Of a DNA stretch of 25,676 bases, positions 6,101-13,479 are shown piece after piece. A program made the translations under genes and the position numbers. Where the stretch lies: IMG/VR virus record IMGVR_UViG_3300048998_000137, positions 1 to 25,676 of that record; one strand, written 5' to 3'. The stretch comes from a virus (Duplodnaviria > Caudoviricetes). The first letter of the stretch is position 1. Each line of letters begins with the position of its first letter. Under the pieces are notes generated by a model. The model was not told the DNA's origin. It worked only from the letters and a program-made list of their open reading frames with translations, and ran no database searches.

Positions 6101-9100
6101 CAGGACCGCCAGGACTTGCCGCTACCGCGCTCGTACGCCTGCACCACGGCGACGACCTGGCGGCCGACCTCCGCCGGGTTAGCGGTGGCCGGTACGGCGA
6201 TCGTGTAGTGATTCACGATCGTGGTCGACCCGCCTCCGCCGCTGCCCCCGCGCTGCACGACGCCCGGGACTACGGTCTCGGGGCCGTTCTCGGCGAATGT
6301 GTACTGCCGGCCGGACGCCCCGACCCCGACGACGGGCTCGTCGATGACCCCGCCCGTGGCGTACCCGCGGGGCGCGAGCCCGGCGTTGGCCTGCTGGACG
6401 TTGAAGATCGAGCCGTACCGCGACTGGATGTAGCGGATACCGGCGACGATGTTCGCGATCGGGTTGGTGATCCCGCCCAGCCCGGGCAGGGCGTAGGCGT
6501 TGAACGTGCTGGGGATCGTCTGCATCAGACCCTGCGAGGGGTGGCCCGCCTGGGCGTTGGAGTCCCAGAGGTTGATGGCGTTGGGGTTGCCGCCGGACTC
6601 GCGCATGATCAGGACCCGTAGCGGGGTGGCCCAGTTGGAGGGCGCCCCCGCGAGTTGCATCCCTCGGGTGATCCAGCCCGCCAGCGCGCCGCCACCGGCG
6701 TAGCTTCCGCCCATGCCCGCGAAGGGATCGACCAGGGCGAGGGCGTCAGCCTTCGACATGATCGACGTGTTGCGGGTGCTGGTGTCCACCGGGTAGACGA
6801 ACCCGCCGCCAGCGTATTTGGGAAGCTGGCCCGCGGTGTTGATGTAGTTCAGGACAGTCGGGCCGAGCTTGCTCGCCGAGGCGGCCTTGACCACGAACTC
6901 ACCGTGCGACAGCATCGCCGGGATCGAATCGGACGTGCCCGTACCCGGGCCCCGAACGTGGCCGCCGGTCGCGAACATGCGCGCCTTCTCCCGGCGGTCG
7001 TCGCTGACTTCGCTAGAGCTGGCGCTTGGGTGTGACAGCTTGTACTGCGCCGTCATCAGATCGAGTAGCTGCGCCTTGACGTCGCCGTAACCCTTGGCCG
7101 AGAGGTGCGCGACCCAGTTGCCGTCGACACCCTTGAGCTTGTCCCAGAGGGTTTGCACCTTCTCCGTGACGTCCTTAAGGGTCGGAGCGGTGATCCGGGT
7201 GGTGACGTCCTTGGGCATCTTGGCGTAGGAGCCGAGCAGCTTGTCGACCCCTGCCTTGTTCACGCCTGCCGCGATCAGTGTCTTGCGCAACTGTCCGAGG
7301 TAATCGTCGTAGACCGCGTTGGCCTTACTGACCGAACCGGTCTCCCGGTACTTGACGGTCGCCGCGTGGGCGGCCGCCTCGGCCGCCTCATTCACGGCCG
7401 CCCGGTTCTTGCGCGCCGCTGCCGAGTTACCCTCGATCGCCCGGCCGTTCTCGGCGAAACTCGTCTTTACCACGGCAACCGCCTCGGACAGGCCGAGGAA
7501 AGCCCCGGTGCCCTCGCGCGCCGCCCGCATGGCAGCCCCGATAGCCGGGCTCATCTTGCCGTCGAATTCTTCGCTAACGTCGCCCGCCGCCCGGCCCACG
7601 TCGTGAAGATCCTTCGCAGCAGCCTTAGCACCCGGCGCCGAGACGTCCAGGGCGTAGGCGCCGTCATACTTGTCAGCGTCCACTTTGGCCTGACGCAGTT
7701 GCTGGGAGACGGCCTCGATCTGTCCCTTGCTCGCACCCGCCGCTTTCATGGCCGTGACCAGAGCGGGGCTCATCTTGCCGTCGAGACTGATCGCCGCACC
7801 GGACGCCGCACCCTGCAACGCGATGGACGCCTCGGCCAGTTTCCCCGTGGCTTCTTTCACGGCGTCACTGTTGGGCTTGTTATGTTTCAACGCGTCGTTG
7901 TAGTCCGACTGCGCCTTACGCATCGCGGCCTGCGCCGAGATCAGTTTGTACGCGGGGTCGGTCTGCCCCTTGAGTTCGGCAGCCAATTCGCTGATCGCGT
8001 CGGCCTCGCCCCGGGCGGCGGCAGCCGCGCGGTCCGCATCGGTCGCATACTTCGCCTGGCCCGCAGCGCCACGTGCCAGCGCACTGGTGAGATCGCCGGT
8101 ACCGCCGGCCGCACTGCCCGCCGCACCACCCAGCGCATCGATCTTGGCGCGGGCCTTATCGGCGTTCGGGCCCACCCACTGCAGGCCGTCGGACAGCTTG
8201 ACTGTCTGGGATCGGGCAACCTCCACTGCGGCCCCGTACTGCGGGAACATCGCCTTGAATTCGTCCATGCTGACGCCGTTGACCGCGAGCACCTTAGCCA
8301 GGCGGGTGAACGCGTCCGCCGCGCCCTGGGTGTTCCCGCTCTGCACCATCGACGTCAGTGCCGCGTCGACCGCGCCGATCTGAGTCTTGGTGTTGGTCAA
8401 CGACGACGACGTATCCCGCAGCGCCGGGGTGACCGCCTCTAGAGCGGTCTGGAAGTTCTTGACCGCCTGCCGGCGCCCGTCGTCCTTGTCGGCGAGGAAC
8501 TGGAACCCGTTGGACAGGTACTCCAGGTTCTTGCCGAGCACGGCGGCGGCGTTGCCCGAGAGGTCAGCGCCCGCCCCGAATTTCTGTAGGCCGAGCGCCA
8601 TCGCCTCGGTGTTCGCCGGGATCTTATTCATCAGCGCATCGGCGGTGATCATGGCGGTCTGCCAGATCACGAACACGCCGGTGGCCACGCCCAGCGCCGT
8701 CGACAGTTTGCCCACGGCGCCGGCGGCGCGCTCGCCGAACGGGCCGATCGAGGAGAGTTCGGTCTTGACGTCGGCGACGGCCTTGCGGTACTTGACCCAC
8801 GCCACTGCGCCGAGCAGGATGACCCCGCCGGCGGCGGATATCAGCGTGAGTCCCTGCTGCGCTGCCCCGGGCAACGCGCTGAATGAGTTGACCGCGTCGT
8901 TAGCGGCCTGCGCCAGCTTGCGCAGGCCGCCGGTCGCGCCCCCGCCGGACTGGATCGCGACGGTTTCGAGGGAGCCCTTGAGCCGCTCAAGGTCGCCGGC
9001 GAGGTTGTTGGTGAGCCGGGCCGCGGTGTCGGCGGCGTAGCCCGCCTCATCGACCTTGCCGCGCCAGTCCTTAACCCCCTCGGCGCCGTCCTTGTAGAGG

Positions 9101-10008
9101 ATGCTCGCCGCGCGGATCGCGTCGTTGCCGAAGATCTGCCCGAATGCCTGGTTGCGCTGCTCCTCGGTGAGGTCCTTCAGCCGGGTCTGCAACATCTGAG
9201 CCGCGCCCGAGACGCCGATGAACTTGCCCTGGGCGTCGTAGAAACTGATACCGAGGCTGGCCATGAGCCCAGCCGTGACCTTGCTGGGGTTCGCGATCGA
9301 GAGCAACATCGTCTTGAATGAGGTACCCGCGTCCGACCCGGTGAGCCCGGCGTGCGCGAACTCGGCCAGCGTCCCTACGGTGTCCTCAATGGACAGACCG
9401 AACTGAGACGCCACGAGACCCGACTGATTCAACGCCATACCCATGTCGTGCACGGAACCCTGGGCCTTGCCCGCACCGGCGGCGAGCAGGTCGGCCACGT
9501 GCGGGACCTGGGCACCCTTGAGCTTGAATTGGGTCAACGCGGACGCGGCGGTCTCGGCGGCCTCGCCGACCGACAGTTCACCGGCGGCGGCCAGATCGAG
9601 GGCACCCCGGAGTCCGCCGTGCAAAATGTCGGCGGTCGACACGCCGGCCTTGGCCAGTTCGGTGACACCCTTCGCCGCCTCGGTGGCGGAGAACTGGGTA
9701 TCCTGCCCAGCCTTGATCGCGGACCGACGCAACTGTTCCAGCTCGCCGGCCGGGGCGTGGGTCGCCGCCGACACCTGCGACATGGCTTTCTCGAAATCCA
9801 TCGCCATCTTGACAGACCCGGCGGCCACGCCGAGCAGACCGATGCCCATGCCGGTCATGACGTGCGAGACCTTGTCCAGCTTGCCGGCGTCGGCGGCCTT
9901 ACCCAGGTTGCTGGTGAGTTCCTTGGTGCCCTCGCCAGCCTTCTTCATGCCGGCCATGAACCCCGACACGTTGGCCTCAAGCCGGACGCCGACGGTACGT
10001 AGCGCCAT
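6100..10008 (-). CDS. Tape measure protein with C-terminal lytic transglycosylase (SLT-like) domain
   Basis: 1302 aa, Ala-rich; TP901-type core (DFEKAMSQV...TQFSATEAAKG..ELAKAG; GSDAGTSFK); SLT motifs MRESGGNPNAINLWDSN, GLMQTIPSTF and ANIVAGIRYI. Confidence 0.95.
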   Translation of the reverse strand: MALRTVGVRLEANVSGFMAGMKKAGEGTKELTSNLGKAADAGKLDKVSHVMTGMGIGLLGVAAGSVKMAMDFEKAMSQVSAATHAPAGELEQLRRSAIKAGQDTQFSATEAAKGVTELAKAGVSTADILHGGLRGALDLAAAGELSVGEAAETAASALTQFKLKGAQVPHVADLLAAGAGKAQGSVHDMGMALNQSGLVASQFGLSIEDTVGTLAEFAHAGLTGSDAGTSFKTMLLSIANPSKVTAGLMASLGISFYDAQGKFIGVSGAAQMLQTRLKDLTEEQRNQAFGQIFGNDAIRAASILYKDGAEGVKDWRGKVDEAGYAADTAARLTNNLAGDLERLKGSLETVAIQSGGGATGGLRKLAQAANDAVNSFSALPGAAQQGLTLISAAGGVILLGAVAWVKYRKAVADVKTELSSIGPFGERAAGAVGKLSTALGVATGVFVIWQTAMITADALMNKIPANTEAMALGLQKFGAGADLSGNAAAVLGKNLEYLSNGFQFLADKDDGRRQAVKNFQTALEAVTPALRDTSSSLTNTKTQIGAVDAALTSMVQSGNTQGAADAFTRLAKVLAVNGVSMDEFKAMFPQYGAAVEVARSQTVKLSDGLQWVGPNADKARAKIDALGGAAGSAAGGTGDLTSALARGAAGQAKYATDADRAAAAARGEADAISELAAELKGQTDPAYKLISAQAAMRKAQSDYNDALKHNKPNSDAVKEATGKLAEASIALQGAASGAAISLDGKMSPALVTAMKAAGASKGQIEAVSQQLRQAKVDADKYDGAYALDVSAPGAKAAAKDLHDVGRAAGDVSEEFDGKMSPAIGAAMRAAREGTGAFLGLSEAVAVVKTSFAENGRAIEGNSAAARKNRAAVNEAAEAAAHAATVKYRETGSVSKANAVYDDYLGQLRKTLIAAGVNKAGVDKLLGSYAKMPKDVTTRITAPTLKDVTEKVQTLWDKLKGVDGNWVAHLSAKGYGDVKAQLLDLMTAQYKLSHPSASSSEVSDDRREKARMFATGGHVRGPGTGTSDSIPAMLSHGEFVVKAASASKLGPTVLNYINTAGQLPKYAGGGFVYPVDTSTRNTSIMSKADALALVDPFAGMGGSYAGGGALAGWITRGMQLAGAPSNWATPLRVLIMRESGGNPNAINLWDSNAQAGHPSQGLMQTIPSTFNAYALPGLGGITNPIANIVAGIRYIQSRYGSIFNVQQANAGLAPRGYATGGVIDEPVVGVGASGRQYTFAENGPETVVPGVVQRGGSGGGGSTTIVNHYTIAVPATANPAEVGRQVVAVVQAYERGSGKSWRS

Positions 10009-10015
10009 GGCCTGA

Positions 10016-10441
10016 TCACCGCCGTTTCTGGATAGTCCATAGCCGGGCTCGGGCGTTCGGGTTGGGGCGGTCGTCCGGATCGGCGGCGCGCTGCGCCTCG
10101 ATCAGGGCCAAGGTCGCTCGGCACGCCGTGTGCGAGACGGCGAAAGCCGGGCCGCTCTCCTCGTGCGAGAGGGTGTGTTCGGCGAGGAACCCGCACCCGT
10201 CCGGGCACAGCCAGGACCGGTAGAGCGCCAGGGCGAGCAGCTCGCCGCGGTCCTGCTCGGTCCACTCGCGCTCGTGGGTGGTGACCGCGCGAGTGAGGCG
10301 GCCGGCGTCGTCGTACTCGTACTCAGTGACCGAGGTGACCTCACGGCCGTCGAGGCGCGACGGCGCGACGCCGAGGCGTTCCGCGACCTCTACTCGCCGT
10401 CGGTAGCTCTCCTCGACCGAGAGGCGGCGTGCGAGAAAGGG
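10016..10441 (-). CDS. Tail assembly chaperone, -1 frameshift extension (gpGT-like C-terminal part)
   Basis: Open -1 frame overlapping the 3' end of the chaperone ORF, entered at CCCTTTC; no convincing independent start; ends just before the tape measure ATG. Confidence 0.8.
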   Translation of the reverse strand, partial: PFLARRLSVEESYRRRVEVAERLGVAPSRLDGREVTSVTEYEYDDAGRLTRAVTTHEREWTEQDRGELLALALYRSWLCPDGCGFLAEHTLSHEESGPAFAVSHTACRATLALIEAQRAADPDDRPNPNARARLWTIQKRR

Positions 10442-10944
10442 ACGTCGACAGTCCCCCGGTTCACGGCCCACGCGGCGTCCGCGAGGTCGCCGATCTGTCG
10501 GTCGGTGAGTTTGGTGTCGAGTAGCTCGGTCCAGCCGGCCGAGTCAAGAACCGGGTCGATGACGCAGGCGCGCACGACGTCGTCGTAGAACGTCTCCTGG
10601 TTGAACCCGACGCGCACGTCTCCGGCGTCAGGGTCTCCGGTGACCGGGTCGACGCGGGGTCCGTGCTCGGCGACGAACTTGCGCCACGCCGGTTTGGGCA
10701 GGGCCCGCACGACGAACGTGTACGAGTGGTCGCGCATGGCGGCCTCAAGCGCGAGGATCTGCTCGGCGAGTTCGCCGGTGCCGTTGCCTTCCAGGGAGTC
10801 GACCGGGCGGCGCTGGGCGTCTTCGAGCTTGCGCTCTAGTTCCTCATGCGCCGCGGTGAGATCGCCTCGTAGGCAGATCGGCACGGTGCGCTCAGGCAGG
10901 CGTGCGTCGGCCATCATGGTGAGGAAATCCTTGGGTTCTGCCAT
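10390..10944 (-). CDS. Tail assembly chaperone (gpG-like)
   Basis: Between the tail tube and tape measure genes; ATG at 10944 with SD AGGAG; ends ...VDVPFS... across the slippery site. Confidence 0.85.
   Translation of the reverse strand: MAEPKDFLTMMADARLPERTVPICLRGDLTAAHEELERKLEDAQRRPVDSLEGNGTGELAEQILALEAAMRDHSYTFVVRALPKPAWRKFVAEHGPRVDPVTGDPDAGDVRVGFNQETFYDDVVRACVIDPVLDSAGWTELLDTKLTDRQIGDLADAAWAVNRGTVDVPFSHAASRSRRATDGE
10435..10441 (-). other. Programmed -1 ribosomal frameshift slippery site CCCTTTC
   Basis: Minus strand reads GTC CCT TTC (V-P-F) in frame 0 and CCC TTT CTC (P-F-L) in the -1 frame; an X XXY YYZ heptamer in the correct phase. Confidence 0.8.
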
Positions 10945-10971
10945 CGTGGTTCTCCTGGCGGTTGGGGGCGC

Positions 10972-11006
10972 CCGGGTCTCGGAACCGCCAGGAATCCGAG
11001 ACCCGG
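10972..11006 (-). promoter_or_regulatory. RNA hairpin whose loop is complementary to the chaperone RBS
   Basis: 12-bp stem CCGGGTCTCGGA/TCCGAGACCCGG; 10983-10993 (AACCGCCAGGA on +) is the exact reverse complement of 10953-10963 (TCCTGGCGGTT on +). Confidence 0.65.
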
Positions 11007-11010
11007 ACAC

Positions 11011-11042
11011 GAAAAAGCCTCGCGACCCTGGCGGTCCGAGGC
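11011..11042 (-). terminator. Intrinsic terminator after the tail tube gene
   Basis: Minus strand GCCTCGGACC-GCCAG-GGTCGCGAGGC followed by TTTTTC. Confidence 0.75.
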
Positions 11043-11058
11043 GGTGGGGTGGGGGTGG

Positions 11059-11544
11059 TTACGCGATGGTGGAACGCAGCGCCGGCGCGCTGGTGATCTT
11101 GATCGGGATCTCGTAGCGCTCGACGGTGTTGGGCGCCGGGTCCATCCGAGCGACCTCGCCGCACAGTGCCGGGTACACCTCGACGGACTGCCCGGTCGCG
11201 TACGCGGTGGCGGCCGCCACCGACCGACGGATCACGACGAACCCGGCCGCATCGCGGACCAAGGTCGTGAAGATCGTGTCAGTGCCGGACTGCCGCTTGA
11301 CCCGCAACGCCGTGTTGGAGAACGACGTGCGGCCGTTGACCATCGTGTTGAACGTCGAGTCGAGCGAGGACGTGTCGACGTCGGCGGTGGCCGGCTGGAA
11401 CCCGTTCAGGCCGTCGGCGGTCAGCGTCGAGTGCAGGCTCAGACCGGCGTTGAGTTCCGTGGTCGTCGGGGCCTGGATGTTGGCGATGGTCGTGACCCAG
11501 TAGACCCGGGTCCGGCCATCGCTGGTGATGTCGTTGGCACCCAT
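11059..11544 (-). CDS. Major tail (tube) protein
   Basis: DGRTRVYWVTTIANIQAPTTTELNAG, GFVVIRR and VEVYP are actinophage tail-tube motifs; strong SD AAAGGAG; upstream of the chaperone. Confidence 0.88.
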   Translation of the reverse strand: MGANDITSDGRTRVYWVTTIANIQAPTTTELNAGLSLHSTLTADGLNGFQPATADVDTSSLDSTFNTMVNGRTSFSNTALRVKRQSGTDTIFTTLVRDAAGFVVIRRSVAAATAYATGQSVEVYPALCGEVARMDPAPNTVERYEIPIKITSAPALRSTIA

Positions 11545-11547
11545 GCG

Positions 11548-11868
11548 TTACTCCTTTGTGTCGCCGCTGGCGATCGGTGCCGCGGACTTCCGGGGGGTGG
11601 GTTCGGCCGGGGCGTCCTCGCCCGGCTCGACGTAGCTCTCGGGGCCGGACGGCACCCAGCCGAGACCGCGGTGCAGCTCGGCGGCCGTGTGGTTCATGAC
11701 GCCCTTACCGCCGTGGGCGAGGTTCATGACCCACTGGAATTCGAGAGCCTCGGGCTCGGTCGTCTCGGACCAGCCGTGCACCTTGACCCACTCGTCACGC
11801 GCGTCGGCACCGACGACCTTGGCCTTGACGCCGTTCACGTCGGCGATCCAGTACGTTTGCTTTGCCAT
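11548..11868 (-). CDS. Hypothetical protein (tail region)
   Basis: SD AGGAG; tightly packed in the operon; Pro/Ala-rich C terminus. Confidence 0.7.
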   Translation of the reverse strand: MAKQTYWIADVNGVKAKVVGADARDEWVKVHGWSETTEPEALEFQWVMNLAHGGKGVMNHTAAELHRGLGWVPSGPESYVEPGEDAPAEPTPRKSAAPIASGDTKE

Positions 11869-11880
11869 GCGGAATCGCTC

Positions 11881-12216
11881 CTAGCGGATCAGCTTGTAAG
11901 TGACGGAGGTCGTGGTGCTGAGCGTCAACGTGGCGACGCCCGTAGAGTCCACGTTGGACGGCATCACCCGGAACCACGCGTCCGTCGCGTTGGCGATCGT
12001 CTGAGCCGGTTCGTTTGGCGGGTTGCCCAGGCCGGTGAAGCTGGGGTCCTCGACGGTCACGGTCATCGACCCGCCGCTGCCGTTGATGATGTTCACGAGG
12101 ACGCCGTACGGACCGATGTCACCGGATGCGATGGTGATCGGGGCGCTGCCAACGGATGCGGCCGTGACGACGACCTTGCCGTTGTTGGGCACGGATGTTG
12201 CGGCGAGCACGCCCAC
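11881..12216 (-). CDS. Hypothetical virion protein, beta-rich (possible tail decoration)
   Basis: SD GAGGGGGG plus GTG; LVNIINGSGGSMTVTV motif; between the tail terminator and tail tube genes. Confidence 0.7.
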   Translation of the reverse strand: MGVLAATSVPNNGKVVVTAASVGSAPITIASGDIGPYGVLVNIINGSGGSMTVTVEDPSFTGLGNPPNEPAQTIANATDAWFRVMPSNVDSTGVATLTLSTTTSVTYKLIR

Positions 12217-12245
12217 GGCGCACCCCCCTCTCTACTCGGAGATGA

Positions 12246-12662
12246 TCAGCCGGGGATGGACAGGAACCCGTACACGTCGGTGAGTTCCTGCACGAGCGGG
12301 CCGCTCAGCTCGTCACGCGTCGGTGGCGAACTGTCGCGATGCCGGATCGGGAAGCACGAGCGGCCGGCCACCGTGGGGGTCACGTTCAACAGCCGGTCCT
12401 CGACGCGGCCCGCGACCGCTCGCACGGCGGCCGCGTCGCCGCCGACGCAGTGCGCATAGACCCAGAAGTCGACGGCCGTCGCGGTGAACGTAAGGTCGGT
12501 CTTATCCGGGGCGGCCACGCCGTCCTGGGTCACCCGGTACATGTCAACCACGACGTAGTGATCGGGGGCGCCGGTCGGCACCGCGCCGTCGTAAACGGTC
12601 AGCACGGCGTCGGCGCGTAACAGCGCGAGCACCGCGTTGGCGTGCGCCTGAACGGTGCTCAC
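12246..12662 (-). CDS. Tail terminator / tail completion protein
   Basis: LTVYDGAVP...YVVV motif, 138 aa, syntenic after the gp10-like gene; GTGA overlap. Confidence 0.78.
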   Translation of the reverse strand: MSTVQAHANAVLALLRADAVLTVYDGAVPTGAPDHYVVVDMYRVTQDGVAAPDKTDLTFTATAVDFWVYAHCVGGDAAAVRAVAGRVEDRLLNVTPTVAGRSCFPIRHRDSSPPTRDELSGPLVQELTDVYGFLSIPG

Positions 12663-13075
12663 CGCTCGATCGCCTTAACGGCGAGTGCTTCCATGGCCGT
12701 GACGAACCGAGGCAGTTCCTCCTCGGCAGCGGGCAGCATGTGCGGGTGCGGCGAGTTCTTGCTCGTACCGAATTCCAGGATCGCGCCTAGGTTGCCGGGG
12801 GTGCGGTAAGGCCCACCCCCGACGGTCTTCTGCTTGTCCGGGCCGATGTCGGCCGACGGGCCTGACGGCCGATCCTGCGTGTCGTAGGTGATCGATCGTG
12901 GGTAGTTCGGCGCGTGGGCGAGGCCCGTGACCCGGCGCTGCGCGCCGGTCTTGATGTTCAGTGCGCCTTTGGCGACGACCTTGCGGGCCTCGTCACGCGC
13001 GATCGGGCCGGCACTGTTCAGGGTGACGATCAGGTCGTTGACCTCGGACGTATCGAATCGCAGGCGATCGCTCAT
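12659..13075 (-). CDS. HK97 gp10-like neck/tail-completion protein
   Basis: SITYD...ADIGP...GNLGAILEFGTSKNSPHPHMLPA motif; ATGA overlap. Confidence 0.8.
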   Translation of the reverse strand: MSDRLRFDTSEVNDLIVTLNSAGPIARDEARKVVAKGALNIKTGAQRRVTGLAHAPNYPRSITYDTQDRPSGPSADIGPDKQKTVGGGPYRTPGNLGAILEFGTSKNSPHPHMLPAAEEELPRFVTAMEALAVKAIER

Positions 13076-13470
13076 ACCGAGGTCCTCTCGATCACGCCGA
13101 CCCGGCGCGCGGTGGCGTCGGTCTTGTGGAACAGGTCGCGGATCAGGAAGACCCGGCCGGGTAGGTCGGGGTCGGATGCCGAGGCGGTGAAGGTGACCTC
13201 GTCATCGACCCGCAGATCGGTGACGCTCATGGGCAACTGCAGGATCGAGCGCACGAGCAGGACCAGGTCTTGTCCGACGTTGCGCTGATCGGCCTGGGCG
13301 ATGTTCTGCTGCAGGCGGCACTTGCCGGTGTACGGGGTGGCCCGGGTCTCCACCCGATCGCCGGTGTCCTGGTCGGTGGTCGAGCCCGTGACGCGGGTGA
13401 TGGTGCAGGTGTCGACCATGCCCGCCTCGGCGGCGGTCCGGCCGCGGGCGAGCACTGAGTCTCTGGACAC
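13072..13470 (-). CDS. Head-closure (stopper) protein, DUF6093-like
   Basis: GRTAAEAGMVDTCTITR...YTGKCRLQ...LQLP...TARR; SD AGGAG. Confidence 0.8.
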   Translation of the reverse strand: MSRDSVLARGRTAAEAGMVDTCTITRVTGSTTDQDTGDRVETRATPYTGKCRLQQNIAQADQRNVGQDLVLLVRSILQLPMSVTDLRVDDEVTFTASASDPDLPGRVFLIRDLFHKTDATARRVGVIERTSV

Positions 13471-13479
13471 GGTGGCTCC

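Noticed and set aside
4631-6208. 525-aa plus-strand ORF, and similar long ORFs at 7105-8442, 11044-12459, 16245-17396, 22579-23616 and 23745-24716
   Set aside because: Antisense or off-frame shadows of well-supported phage genes; stop codons are scarce in high-GC DNA and the translations lack recognisable motifs
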